Shown here: piece by piece, positions 40,683 to 48,977 of the stretch
Position numbering within the stretch: position 1 is the first letter of the stretch
Layout: the number at the start of each line of letters is the position of its first letter
Source: Planctomycetota bacterium
GTDB taxonomy: Bacteria > Planctomycetota > PLA2 > JAEUHO01
Assembly: GCA_050248855.1 (NCBI GenBank)
Contig: JBFWRP010000007.1
Location: 96,001 to 160,000 of the forward strand
DNA: 64,000 bases
Direction: 5' to 3'
Made by a program: the position numbers and the translations under genes
Notes under the pieces: generated by a model
Seen by the model: only the letters and a program-made list of their open reading frames with translations
What the model was told of the DNA's origin: nothing
Database searches by the model: none

Positions 40683-41891
40683 TCAGGCCGGGGACGGAGC
40701 CGGCAGCGCGGCGGCCTGCTCTTCGAGACGGATCATGCGCAGCTTCCCGTCCTCGACCGCCGCCCGCACCTCTTCCTCGTTCTTGCGACTGAGCTCGCGC
40801 ATCTCCGTGATGATCTCGCGCGAGCGCTGCTGCCAGGCGACCACGGCGTCCACGAGCTTCTTCACGGACTCGACGCGGATCGTGGGGCCGTAGCCGGCCT
40901 TGATCGCGGCCTCCTGGATCTTGGTGCCCTCGTCGCCCAAGGTCTCCAGGCTCTTCTCGATGCCCTTCTTCATGGCCTCGAGCGTCTGCGTCGCCTCGTG
41001 CAGCCCGCTCATGCCCGTGAAGGAGGCGGAGAGCGCCGTGAACACGGTCTCGTTGGTACCGAAGAACGTGACGGCCTGGGAGTAGACGCGCTCCTTGGCG
41101 TTGGTGATCTGGTGCAGGCGCGCCATGATCACTTCCGTGGTGTTGTAGGCGATGGAGAGGTTCTCGGCGAGGTCCTTGCAGATCTGGTAGCGCTTGTCTT
41201 CGTCTTGCAGCTCGCGCATGGCGAGGTCGCGCGTCATCTCGAGGCGGGCGGCCTTCTCGCGGTCGTCGCCCTTCTGCTTGCCCACGGCCTCCGCGGCCTT
41301 GGCCAGCGCCTTCTTGTCCTTCTCCAGCTCGGCGTCGGCCTTCTTGAGCAGCCGGAAGCCGAGGATCTCCGCTTCCTTCAGCGCGCCTCGGAAGTCGGCA
41401 TACGCCTCGAGGACGCGGCGCTCGCGCTCGATCTGGTCGCGCGTGTCGCCTGCCACGTCGAGGTAGGTCGTGCGGATCTTGTCGAAGCGGGCGGGAATGT
41501 CGCCGCGCGTCACCTTCATCCAGACGTTGGAGACCCGCTCCATCGTGCTGAGCTTGCCGTCGTCGACCTGCTCCACCATGCGCTTGGCATCTTCGCGGAT
41601 GCTGTCGAAGGCATTGGTGATGGACGCGTAGCGCTCGCCGACCGAGACGGCGCTGATCTCCTCGCGGACCACCTTGTTGAACAACGTGGCCTGGGAGAGC
41701 GTGCGCGCAATGAGGGCCGCGGTGTCGGGATCGAGCGGCGCCACGCGCTCGATGAGCGCCACGACGGGCGCGGGCTCGTTGCCTTCGGGCAGGATGCCCA
41801 TGGTGCGCAGCGCCCCGAGGGCCTTGTCGAGCAGCTTGAGGGGCTTGGGCCTGGGAGCGGACTTGGGCGCGGGCTTGGCCTTGCCGGACAT
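40683..41891 (-). CDS. Conserved all-helical coiled-coil protein (homologs recalled as 'cell surface protein')
   Basis: GGAG RBS region; ARTLSQA.LFN.VVRE, WMKVTRGDI, KDLAENL, AGYGPTI; no signal peptide. Confidence 0.75.
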   Translation of the reverse strand: MSGKAKPAPKSAPRPKPLKLLDKALGALRTMGILPEGNEPAPVVALIERVAPLDPDTAALIARTLSQATLFNKVVREEISAVSVGERYASITNAFDSIREDAKRMVEQVDDGKLSTMERVSNVWMKVTRGDIPARFDKIRTTYLDVAGDTRDQIERERRVLEAYADFRGALKEAEILGFRLLKKADAELEKDKKALAKAAEAVGKQKGDDREKAARLEMTRDLAMRELQDEDKRYQICKDLAENLSIAYNTTEVIMARLHQITNAKERVYSQAVTFFGTNETVFTALSASFTGMSGLHEATQTLEAMKKGIEKSLETLGDEGTKIQEAAIKAGYGPTIRVESVKKLVDAVVAWQQRSREIITEMRELSRKNEEEVRAAVEDGKLRMIRLEEQAAALPAPSPA

Positions 41892-41975
41892 GGGAGGGTC
41901 TCCGGGGTGTCGAGGGGCCGCATGATGGCGCGACCTGCCACCCGACGGCAACGCCAAGCCCGGAGAAGTGCCCAC

Positions 41976-42938
41976 TTAGAACAGGACGTACGCCAGGTAG
42001 GCCGCCACTTCGCGCATCACGGCGAACGGCTTGGTCGGCCAACGCTGGGTCTCGCGGCAGGGCAGCGTGTAGGACACGACACCCTCCCGCTCGAGCGCCC
42101 AGCGCACGCGGGCGACGTGGTAGTCGTGACTCACCACGAGCACGCTTCGCCACCCCCGCTCGCGGGCCAGCTCGGCCACGGCCCGTGCGGTGGCGTGCGT
42201 GTCGACGCCGCTCTCGTCGAGCACCAAGCGCTCGGCGGGCACGCCCCGCTCGCGGCAGAGGCGCGCCATCACGCTCGGCTCGGAGCGCGGCGCACCCTCG
42301 CCGAGTCCCCCCGAGAGCACGAGGGGCCGCCCGGGGTCGCCGGCCGCGTAGGCGCGGCACGCCTCGACCGTGCGGTCCCGCAGCGCCGTCGAGGCACGCC
42401 CGTCGTGGGTGACGCGGGCGCCCAGCACGACGATGGCGTCGCCACGTGTCGGGTCGAAGCGCGTCCCCCCGATCCAGAGCAGGTGCGCCAGCACCGACAC
42501 GAGCCCCATCCCCACGACCGCCACGCCGAGCACCGCGTTCGCGGCCAGTCCACGGGAGCGCGGCAGCGGCGGCAGCGCGGCCCAGGCGCCGAGCAGGATC
42601 GCCAGCACCAGGCTCTCGGGCACGGGCGAGCCGGCCACGACACCCGCACCACCCGCCGTGATGCCGAACAGACGCACGGCGTCGGCGAGCGCCAGGCAGG
42701 CGAGGCCGGCCGCCAGGCCGCGGCGGTGGCGCCAGCGGGTCACGACGGCGAGCCCGAACGCCGCCGTCACGACGGTCAGCACGATCCGCGGCAGACCGCC
42801 ACCCTGGATCCAGAGCGCCATGCGATCGTGCCCATCGGCCAGCTGTCGGACGACGCCGACCAGCGCGAAGAGGGCCACGGCAAGTACCCAGGCGTCGAGT
42901 GCGCGTCGGGCGAGGTTCGAGATGCGAAACGGCGCCAT
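41976..42938 (-). CDS. YdcF/DUF218 (ElyC/SanA-like) protein with N-terminal TM region
   Basis: DAIVVLGA, L.DR, LVLSGG, E..VM, VSHDYHVARV, RE..A motifs. Confidence 0.88.
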   Translation of the reverse strand: MAPFRISNLARRALDAWVLAVALFALVGVVRQLADGHDRMALWIQGGGLPRIVLTVVTAAFGLAVVTRWRHRRGLAAGLACLALADAVRLFGITAGGAGVVAGSPVPESLVLAILLGAWAALPPLPRSRGLAANAVLGVAVVGMGLVSVLAHLLWIGGTRFDPTRGDAIVVLGARVTHDGRASTALRDRTVEACRAYAAGDPGRPLVLSGGLGEGAPRSEPSVMARLCRERGVPAERLVLDESGVDTHATARAVAELARERGWRSVLVVSHDYHVARVRWALEREGVVSYTLPCRETQRWPTKPFAVMREVAAYLAYVLF

Positions 42939-42983
42939 GGGACGGAGGATCGGACACATGCGAGCACGCATGGAGCGCACATC

Positions 42984-43403
42984 ATGAAATGCTGCGAACA
43001 ACGACTCGAGATCGCCACGTCGGGGCGCGGCTTGGTCGACATCACGACCGACGTACAGCACGCCGTCGGGCGCGCTGGCATCACCACGGGCTTCGTGGTG
43101 GTCTTCTGCCAGCACACCTCCTGCAGCTTGCTGATCCAGGAGAACGCCGATCCCAGCGCACGCCGCGACCTCCTGGCTTGGCTCGAGCGCCTCGCCCCGG
43201 ACGGCGACCCGCGCTACACGCACGACGCCGAAGGGCCCGACGACATGGCGGCGCACCTGCGCAGCGCCGTCACGAGGACCTCGGAGACGATCCCCATCCA
43301 CGGGAGTCGGCTGGCCCTCGGCATGTGGCAGGGTCTGTTCCTGGCCGAGCACCGGACCCGACCGCACCGCCGCCGGTTGGCGGTGACGGTCGTGGGAACC
43401 TGA
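42984..43403 (+). CDS. yjbQ: YjbQ/UPF0047 family protein
   Basis: HTSCSLLIQENADP, HD.EGPDDM.AH, LG.WQG..L.EHR. Confidence 0.92.
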   Translation: MKCCEQRLEIATSGRGLVDITTDVQHAVGRAGITTGFVVVFCQHTSCSLLIQENADPSARRDLLAWLERLAPDGDPRYTHDAEGPDDMAAHLRSAVTRTSETIPIHGSRLALGMWQGLFLAEHRTRPHRRRLAVTVVGT

Positions 43404-43410
43404 CGGCGAC

Positions 43411-43704
43411 CTACTTGAGGACGCCGAGGAAGCGCAGCGCGATGATCAGCAGCACCGAGCCGCCCAGGGCCAGCAGCGCGACGCCCACCCAGCCCGAGAC
43501 CGAGATGCCGAGCACCCCGCCGAGCCACCCGCCGATGTAGGCGCCCGCGACGCCCACGAGCACGTTGGCGACCAAACCCATCTGCCCGCTCGTCTTCATG
43601 ACGATGCTGGCCAGCCAGCCGATGAGGCCGCCGATGACCAAGAAGACGATCGTGTGTCCGATCGAGTCGAAGGGGTAGGAGGCAGCGATCAGATCGTGCG
43701 GCAT
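43411..43704 (-). CDS. GlsB/YeaQ/YmgE transglycosylase-associated membrane protein
   Basis: IGGLIGWLAS.VM, NVLVGVAGAYIGG. Confidence 0.9.
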   Translation of the reverse strand: MPHDLIAASYPFDSIGHTIVFLVIGGLIGWLASIVMKTSGQMGLVANVLVGVAGAYIGGWLGGVLGISVSGWVGVALLALGGSVLLIIALRFLGVLK

Positions 43705-43836
43705 GGGGAGTCTCCAAGGACGTGGGGTCGCCGGACGCCAGGCCGGTCAGTCCAGGTCTACACCCTGGCGTCCGTCTTGACGCCGTCCGGGCACTCCCCC
43801 CCTTGCCAATCCGCATCGCCTGCGCCCTGCTAGGGC

Positions 43837-44616
43837 GTGTCCAGGGGGAACGCCGTGGCCCGAACGGACGAGAGCCTCGCCAAGCAAGCCGAGCGCTGGT
43901 GCCACTACGGGGCCCAGCTCGTGGCCCACGCCGCGGTCCACGCCCTGCCCGGTCGCGGGCTGCGCGAGCGCTGCTCGCTCGACGAACCGGCCTGTGCGCG
44001 CAACTTCGCCGTACGCGGCTACCGCCACCACGTCCTCGGTCACGACACTCCGGCTTGTTGCCGGATGCATCTGCTCGGCGTCCTCGACGACGTCGTGGCC
44101 TGCCTCGAACCGACGGACTGGACGTGGTTCGTGTTCTGGGGTGGGTTTCTCGGCTCCGCGCGCGATGGCGAGCTCGTGCCCTGGGACCGCGACCTCGACA
44201 TCGCGGTGGTGGACGTTGCTGCGTCGGACCTGCTCGCGGTCCTCGAGCCCCTGACCGGCCGTGGTCGCCACCTGCGACTGCGCGGCGCGACGACGCCCCA
44301 CCTCGTGCGCGTGCAAGCCAGCAGCCGCAACGGCATCGGGGTCGATGTCGAACGCTGGCGGCGGGAGGGCGATGTCTTGGTGGCCCTCGACCCCGACATC
44401 GCTGCGCGTCCGCGCGTGGACCTCGTCCTCCCCTTGGTCGGGCGGCCCCTGGCCGGTCGCGGCCTGCGCATGCCGCGCTCGCCCGCTCTCCTTGCGGACC
44501 TGTACGGACCTGACTGGGCGACGCGTGGAGTGCGCGTCGAGCAGCGCTTCGGCCGACGCGTCGTGGACCTGCTCCCGGCCGGCGGGCCCCAGGCCCTCGC
44601 GCTCCCGATCCCCTGA
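43837..44616 (+). CDS. LicD-family nucleotidyltransferase-fold protein, FKRP-like
   Basis: GGFLGSARDGELVPWDRDLD LicD motif, preceded by C-x6-C-x20-CC; C-terminal L..LYGPDW. Confidence 0.82.
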   Translation: MSRGNAVARTDESLAKQAERWCHYGAQLVAHAAVHALPGRGLRERCSLDEPACARNFAVRGYRHHVLGHDTPACCRMHLLGVLDDVVACLEPTDWTWFVFWGGFLGSARDGELVPWDRDLDIAVVDVAASDLLAVLEPLTGRGRHLRLRGATTPHLVRVQASSRNGIGVDVERWRREGDVLVALDPDIAARPRVDLVLPLVGRPLAGRGLRMPRSPALLADLYGPDWATRGVRVEQRFGRRVVDLLPAGGPQALALPIP

Positions 44617-44662
44617 AGCGGACGTCCGTGACAGCGCGACCGGGGCGACGTAGGGTCCTCCG

Positions 44663-47314
44663 GTGCCCGGACTCGCGCTCACGTTGGTGCTGCTGGCTTC
44701 GGGCGCAGCCGCGCTGCTGCACGAGAGCGCCTGGTTCCGCCTGCTGACGCCGCTCTTGGGGGCAGGTGCCCTGCCCGCGGCCACCGTCGCGGCCGGCGCC
44801 CTGCTGGGGATGGCGGCCGGTGCCCGCTGGGGCGGACGCCTCGCAGACCGGACGGGGCGACCGCTCGCCGTGCTCGTGGCCGCCGAAGTGCTCGCCGCGG
44901 GCCTCGGCGTCCTCGTCCCGCCGGCGCTCGATCGCCTCGGCGCTTCGTCCGAGGGTCCCGCGGCGTGGGCGCTGGCCACGATCCTGCTCGCGGTCGTCGC
45001 GCTTCCGTGGGGTGCCAGCGTGCCGGCGGCGCTTCGCGCGCTGCGCCCCGAGCCCGCGGCCGCGGGTCGAGCGTTCAAGCGGCTCTACGCCTGGAACACG
45101 CTCGGCGCGGTGGCCGGCATCGTCGTGGGCGCGGCCTTCGCCTTCGAGGCGCTCGGCAACCGGGGCAGCGTGCGCGTGGCGTCGGGCCTGCAGCTGGTGG
45201 CCGCCGTGTTGGCCCTCACGCTCGTCAAGCGGTCGCGCAGCACGACGCAGACGGTCTCCCTGCCCGTCACGGAGCACGGGCCGCGGCCCGGGGGCTCGGG
45301 CGTGCTCTTGATCGCGTCCACCCTCGCCGGTGCCGTGGGCGTGGTCGTGCAAGTGGCGTGGATGCGCCGCCTCACGCCGCACCTGGGGGCCACGTATCCC
45401 GTGTTCGCCGCGGTGCTGGGCGTGCACCTTGTCGGCATCGCGCTCGGCACGTGGCTGTTCGGGCCGCGCACGGCCCGGGCGCCGCGTGCGGCGATCTTCG
45501 GCCTCACGTGGCTGGCCGGCGCGATCGTGGCCACCACCCCGTGGCTCTTGCCGCACGTGCTGGATGCCGTGGAGGACGCGTGGTGGGACAGCTCCGGCAG
45601 CCCCCTGACGCTGTTCCTGTGGCGCAGCGCGATCGCCACCGTGCTCGTGCTGCCGGCCGTGGCACCGGCGTCAGCCCTCTTGGCGTGGTGGGTCCGCCTG
45701 CGCGAGCCACCGACGCGCAACGCGGGCAGTGAGAGCGGCGGCCTCTTGGCCGCCAACGCCGTGGGCGGTGCGGCCGGAGGGTTCCTCGCGGCGCTCGTGT
45801 TGATCCCCGCGGTCGGTACGGCGGGCGCACTCGTCGTGGCGGCGGGCGCGATCCTGGTAGCGGGCGCGCTGTCCCTGCGTGGCGCGGCGCGCGGGGCCAC
45901 GGCCGTGGCGGGCCTCGCCGTGATCGGCGCGGCCTTCGTCCGGCTCCCGTCCGACCAGGCCGCCGTCGACCGCGTGGGCCAGCTCTACAGCGCGTCCTCC
46001 TGGCGACCGGATGACGTCCGCACCCGCCACGCGCGCGAGGGCGTCGTCGCCAGCACGCTGGTGCGCGATGCCGAAGGGCGCATCGAGTTCTGGGTCGAGG
46101 GCAGCTACGAAGCCTCGACGGCGCCCACCGACCTCCTGCACCTGGGGCTGCTCGGCCACTTGCCGTTGGTGCTGTTCGAGGCGCGCGCGGACCGCGCACC
46201 GCACGTGGCCCTCGTGGGCCTGGGCGCGGGCTACACGGCGCAGGCCTCCGACCGCCACCACCCGGCAAGCCTCGTGGTGTACGAGCTCGAAGACGACGTC
46301 GTCGACGCCGCGACGTGGTTCCGCGACGTCGGGGGCGGCCTGCCGGCCTCCGCCGAGCTCATCGTGGCCGATGGCCGCCGTGCGGTGTTGCAGGGCGACC
46401 GGCCCCTCGACGTGCTGTCGTCCGATCCGGTGCACCCGGCGCTTGCGGGCAGCGCTTGGCTCTACTCCGCGGACTGGTGGCGCGGGGCCATGGAGCGCCT
46501 GCCCGAAGACGGCCTCCTCGTGCAGTGGATGCCGCTCTACCACCTCGTGCGCGAGGACCTCGCGCTCGCGTTTCGCACGTTCGCGGCGTCGGTGCCCCAT
46601 CCGTACCTGTTCCTGATCGGCAGCGAGGCGCTCTTGGTCGGCGCCAACACACCGCTCGTGCTGTCGCTGGAGCGCGTGCGCGAGGCCCTGGCCCGCGACA
46701 GTGCCGCCCCGTTGGCCGAGCAGGGCTTCCGCAGCGCAGGCCGCCTGCTGTCCATGCTCGTCCTCGACGGCGAGGGGATGCGCAACCTCGTGGGCCCGGG
46801 CGAGATCAACACCGACGATCGCCTGCTGCTCGAGCTGCGCAGCGGTTGGCGCGAGGCCAACGACCCCGCTGCCACCTTCGCCTGGCTGCATCAACACCAG
46901 GCGACGCCCGCCAGCCTGCTGGACGCTCCGCCGGACGCGATGTTCGAGCGGGAAGTCGAGGCCGGTCGCGAGCTTCACCACGCCCTCGAAGCTTGGCAAG
47001 CCGGCGGCCTTGCCGACGCCCGCGAGCGCTTCCGCGACATCGCGCTCCTCGACCCCGCCAACGTGCTGGCCCGGCGCCTGCGCGACGACGCCACCGCGCT
47101 GCTCGCGTTCGACCTCCTGCACGACGCGCCCGAGGAAGCCGAAGCCCTCGCCCGGGAGCTCCTCGCCCGCGACACCGCCGACGCCCTGGTCCGCCTCGAC
47201 GCTGCCGAAGTCCTCCTCGCGCTCGGCCACACCGACGAGGCGCGCGCCGTCGCGGCCGCCATCGCGGCGAAGCACGACTACCCCCGCGCCCGTCGCCTGG
47301 CGGCCACACGCTGA
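44663..47314 (+). CDS. Fused membrane domain/spermidine-synthase-like protein with C-terminal helical repeats
   Basis: ASGAAALLHE..W.R, LYAWNTLGAVAG, many TM helices, VGLGAGYT, DGR, QWMPLY, NTDDR..LE. Confidence 0.85.
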   Translation: MPGLALTLVLLASGAAALLHESAWFRLLTPLLGAGALPAATVAAGALLGMAAGARWGGRLADRTGRPLAVLVAAEVLAAGLGVLVPPALDRLGASSEGPAAWALATILLAVVALPWGASVPAALRALRPEPAAAGRAFKRLYAWNTLGAVAGIVVGAAFAFEALGNRGSVRVASGLQLVAAVLALTLVKRSRSTTQTVSLPVTEHGPRPGGSGVLLIASTLAGAVGVVVQVAWMRRLTPHLGATYPVFAAVLGVHLVGIALGTWLFGPRTARAPRAAIFGLTWLAGAIVATTPWLLPHVLDAVEDAWWDSSGSPLTLFLWRSAIATVLVLPAVAPASALLAWWVRLREPPTRNAGSESGGLLAANAVGGAAGGFLAALVLIPAVGTAGALVVAAGAILVAGALSLRGAARGATAVAGLAVIGAAFVRLPSDQAAVDRVGQLYSASSWRPDDVRTRHAREGVVASTLVRDAEGRIEFWVEGSYEASTAPTDLLHLGLLGHLPLVLFEARADRAPHVALVGLGAGYTAQASDRHHPASLVVYELEDDVVDAATWFRDVGGGLPASAELIVADGRRAVLQGDRPLDVLSSDPVHPALAGSAWLYSADWWRGAMERLPEDGLLVQWMPLYHLVREDLALAFRTFAASVPHPYLFLIGSEALLVGANTPLVLSLERVREALARDSAAPLAEQGFRSAGRLLSMLVLDGEGMRNLVGPGEINTDDRLLLELRSGWREANDPAATFAWLHQHQATPASLLDAPPDAMFEREVEAGRELHHALEAWQAGGLADARERFRDIALLDPANVLARRLRDDATALLAFDLLHDAPEEAEALARELLARDTADALVRLDAAEVLLALGHTDEARAVAAAIAAKHDYPRARRLAATR

Positions 47315-47330
47315 CGCCGACTCCCGCTCT

Positions 47331-48818
47331 TTACCGCGGCTCGACCGAGTGGAGGGTGAGGGGAACGGGCGAAATCGGTCCGAGCATGCCCCGCACGATT
47401 TGGCGGGCCTGGGCTTCGAGCTCTTCTCGCGTCCCCGGGCCGAGCGTGATCTGCACCGAGTCCGTCAGGCGCCCGTTGATGCGCGGTGCCATCGTCCACC
47501 GCCCATTGACGAGGACTGCGGCGGGCAGACCCAGGTTGCGTTCGGACCACGCCGCGAGCCGCTCGGCCCCCGAGGGCGTCAGGTCGTACAAGACCACGGG
47601 ATGGTTGTTGTTGGGATCGATGCCAACGCGTACGTCGCGGACCCACGAGGACTCGAACGTAATGGGGCTGCTCTCGGCTTCCAGAAGGTGTGCGTTGTCG
47701 ACGCTCCAGTCGTCCGTCCTCGGCCCGAAGACGAGCTCGTAGCGCGGGTCGGTCGGTACGTACGGGACGCCTGCGTTGCGTGCCTCGACGAACCGGGACA
47801 CCTCGTGGGCCCGGTAGGCTGCCAAGCCATCCGCGGTCGCCGGAAACGAATCGCCCGCCCCCTGCCAGGGGGCGGCTTCGACCCGATCACGTAGGAACTG
47901 CTGGGCGTGCTCTGGAGCCTTGCCGTCGTCGCCTGCCTGCTGGGCCGGCACCAGCACCACCTCGATCCGCATCTGCGTTGGCTTGCCCACGCTGCCTTCG
48001 CGGGAGAGGGCACCCTGGAGGTGTTCCGCTTGGCTCCTCGACGACACCAGGAGCTCGAGCACGCCAGGGCCGATGACGCGAGCCTTGACGCCCTGGAGCC
48101 CATGTGGACCCGAGCGGGCCAGGTAGTCGCGCACGGCCGCCGCGACCACCTCCGTGGCCACGTCAGGAGTGGCTCTCGGCCCGCCAAGCTGCAGCTTGGC
48201 TGCCGACGCGACATCGAAGCCCACCCGAATGCGGAAGCCCTGCTCCGCCGCTTCCTGCTCCTCGGATGCATCCAGGAAATCGACCGGGAGCAGCGCCAAG
48301 GGCACCCTCGCGCCGTGGGGCGTCGCGATGGCAGGAACGCTGACGCGGTGGAGAGAGGCGGCGCCCTGAATCACGAGAACCACGTGGTGCGTTCGAGCAA
48401 CCGGCCAATCAACACCCACTACGCCAGATGCCGCCGTCACGAGCTCGAGTCGCGCGGCCTGCCAGTCAAGCCGCTTGGACGTCGCCAAGCGCTGCACGGA
48501 CTCGCGCACCAGCTCCCGCACCTCACGGAGCCGCGCGTCGATCCCTCCTTCTCGTTCGATGACCCGCAGCTGGCCCTGTACGGCTTCCTCGCCCGCGAGC
48601 TCGCGCAATGCATCGAGCGCCTCGCCGACGAGCTCGGCCGTCGGCAGGTACCGGTCCAGCTTGGACGGATCGCCGCTGCACAAGGCCGCGAACCAAGCGC
48701 GGCCGTACGCCTCGATGGAAGCCTGTTCGAGCTCGGTCCACGAGTCCGCCTGGGCGGCGGGCGCCGCGAGAGCGAAGGCCAGGACGAGGCCCGAGAGTCG
48801 TAGGGCCACGCCACGCAT
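47331..48818 (-). CDS. Exported SecD P1-like domain protein, paralog 1 (no TM domain)
   Basis: Signal peptide ending AQA; C-terminus PVVLYDLTPSGAERL..W...N.GL..AVLVNG....APRI...L...VQIT...EA..I...G...VPL matches the SecD P1 head pattern. Confidence 0.75.
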   Translation of the reverse strand: MRGVALRLSGLVLAFALAAPAAQADSWTELEQASIEAYGRAWFAALCSGDPSKLDRYLPTAELVGEALDALRELAGEEAVQGQLRVIEREGGIDARLREVRELVRESVQRLATSKRLDWQAARLELVTAASGVVGVDWPVARTHHVVLVIQGAASLHRVSVPAIATPHGARVPLALLPVDFLDASEEQEAAEQGFRIRVGFDVASAAKLQLGGPRATPDVATEVVAAAVRDYLARSGPHGLQGVKARVIGPGVLELLVSSRSQAEHLQGALSREGSVGKPTQMRIEVVLVPAQQAGDDGKAPEHAQQFLRDRVEAAPWQGAGDSFPATADGLAAYRAHEVSRFVEARNAGVPYVPTDPRYELVFGPRTDDWSVDNAHLLEAESSPITFESSWVRDVRVGIDPNNNHPVVLYDLTPSGAERLAAWSERNLGLPAAVLVNGRWTMAPRINGRLTDSVQITLGPGTREELEAQARQIVRGMLGPISPVPLTLHSVEPR

Positions 48819-48853
48819 CCGAATCTCCTCACCCGGGTCAGCATAGGTCTTGC

Positions 48854-48906
48854 GTCGGCGGCATGCCGCCGACCCGGATGGCGGGGGGCGGCGGCATACC
48901 GCCGCC
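48854..48906. repeat. Double GC hairpin element, copy A
   Basis: GTCGGCGGCATGCCGCCGAC (48854-48873) and GGCGGCGG-CATA-CCGCCGCC (48887-48906). Confidence 0.7.
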
Positions 48907-48977
48907 TTCATTCGTCATGCTGGAGATACGCAACCGAAGTGCCTGCGATACATGACGGACCCTGACATGCCGAACGC

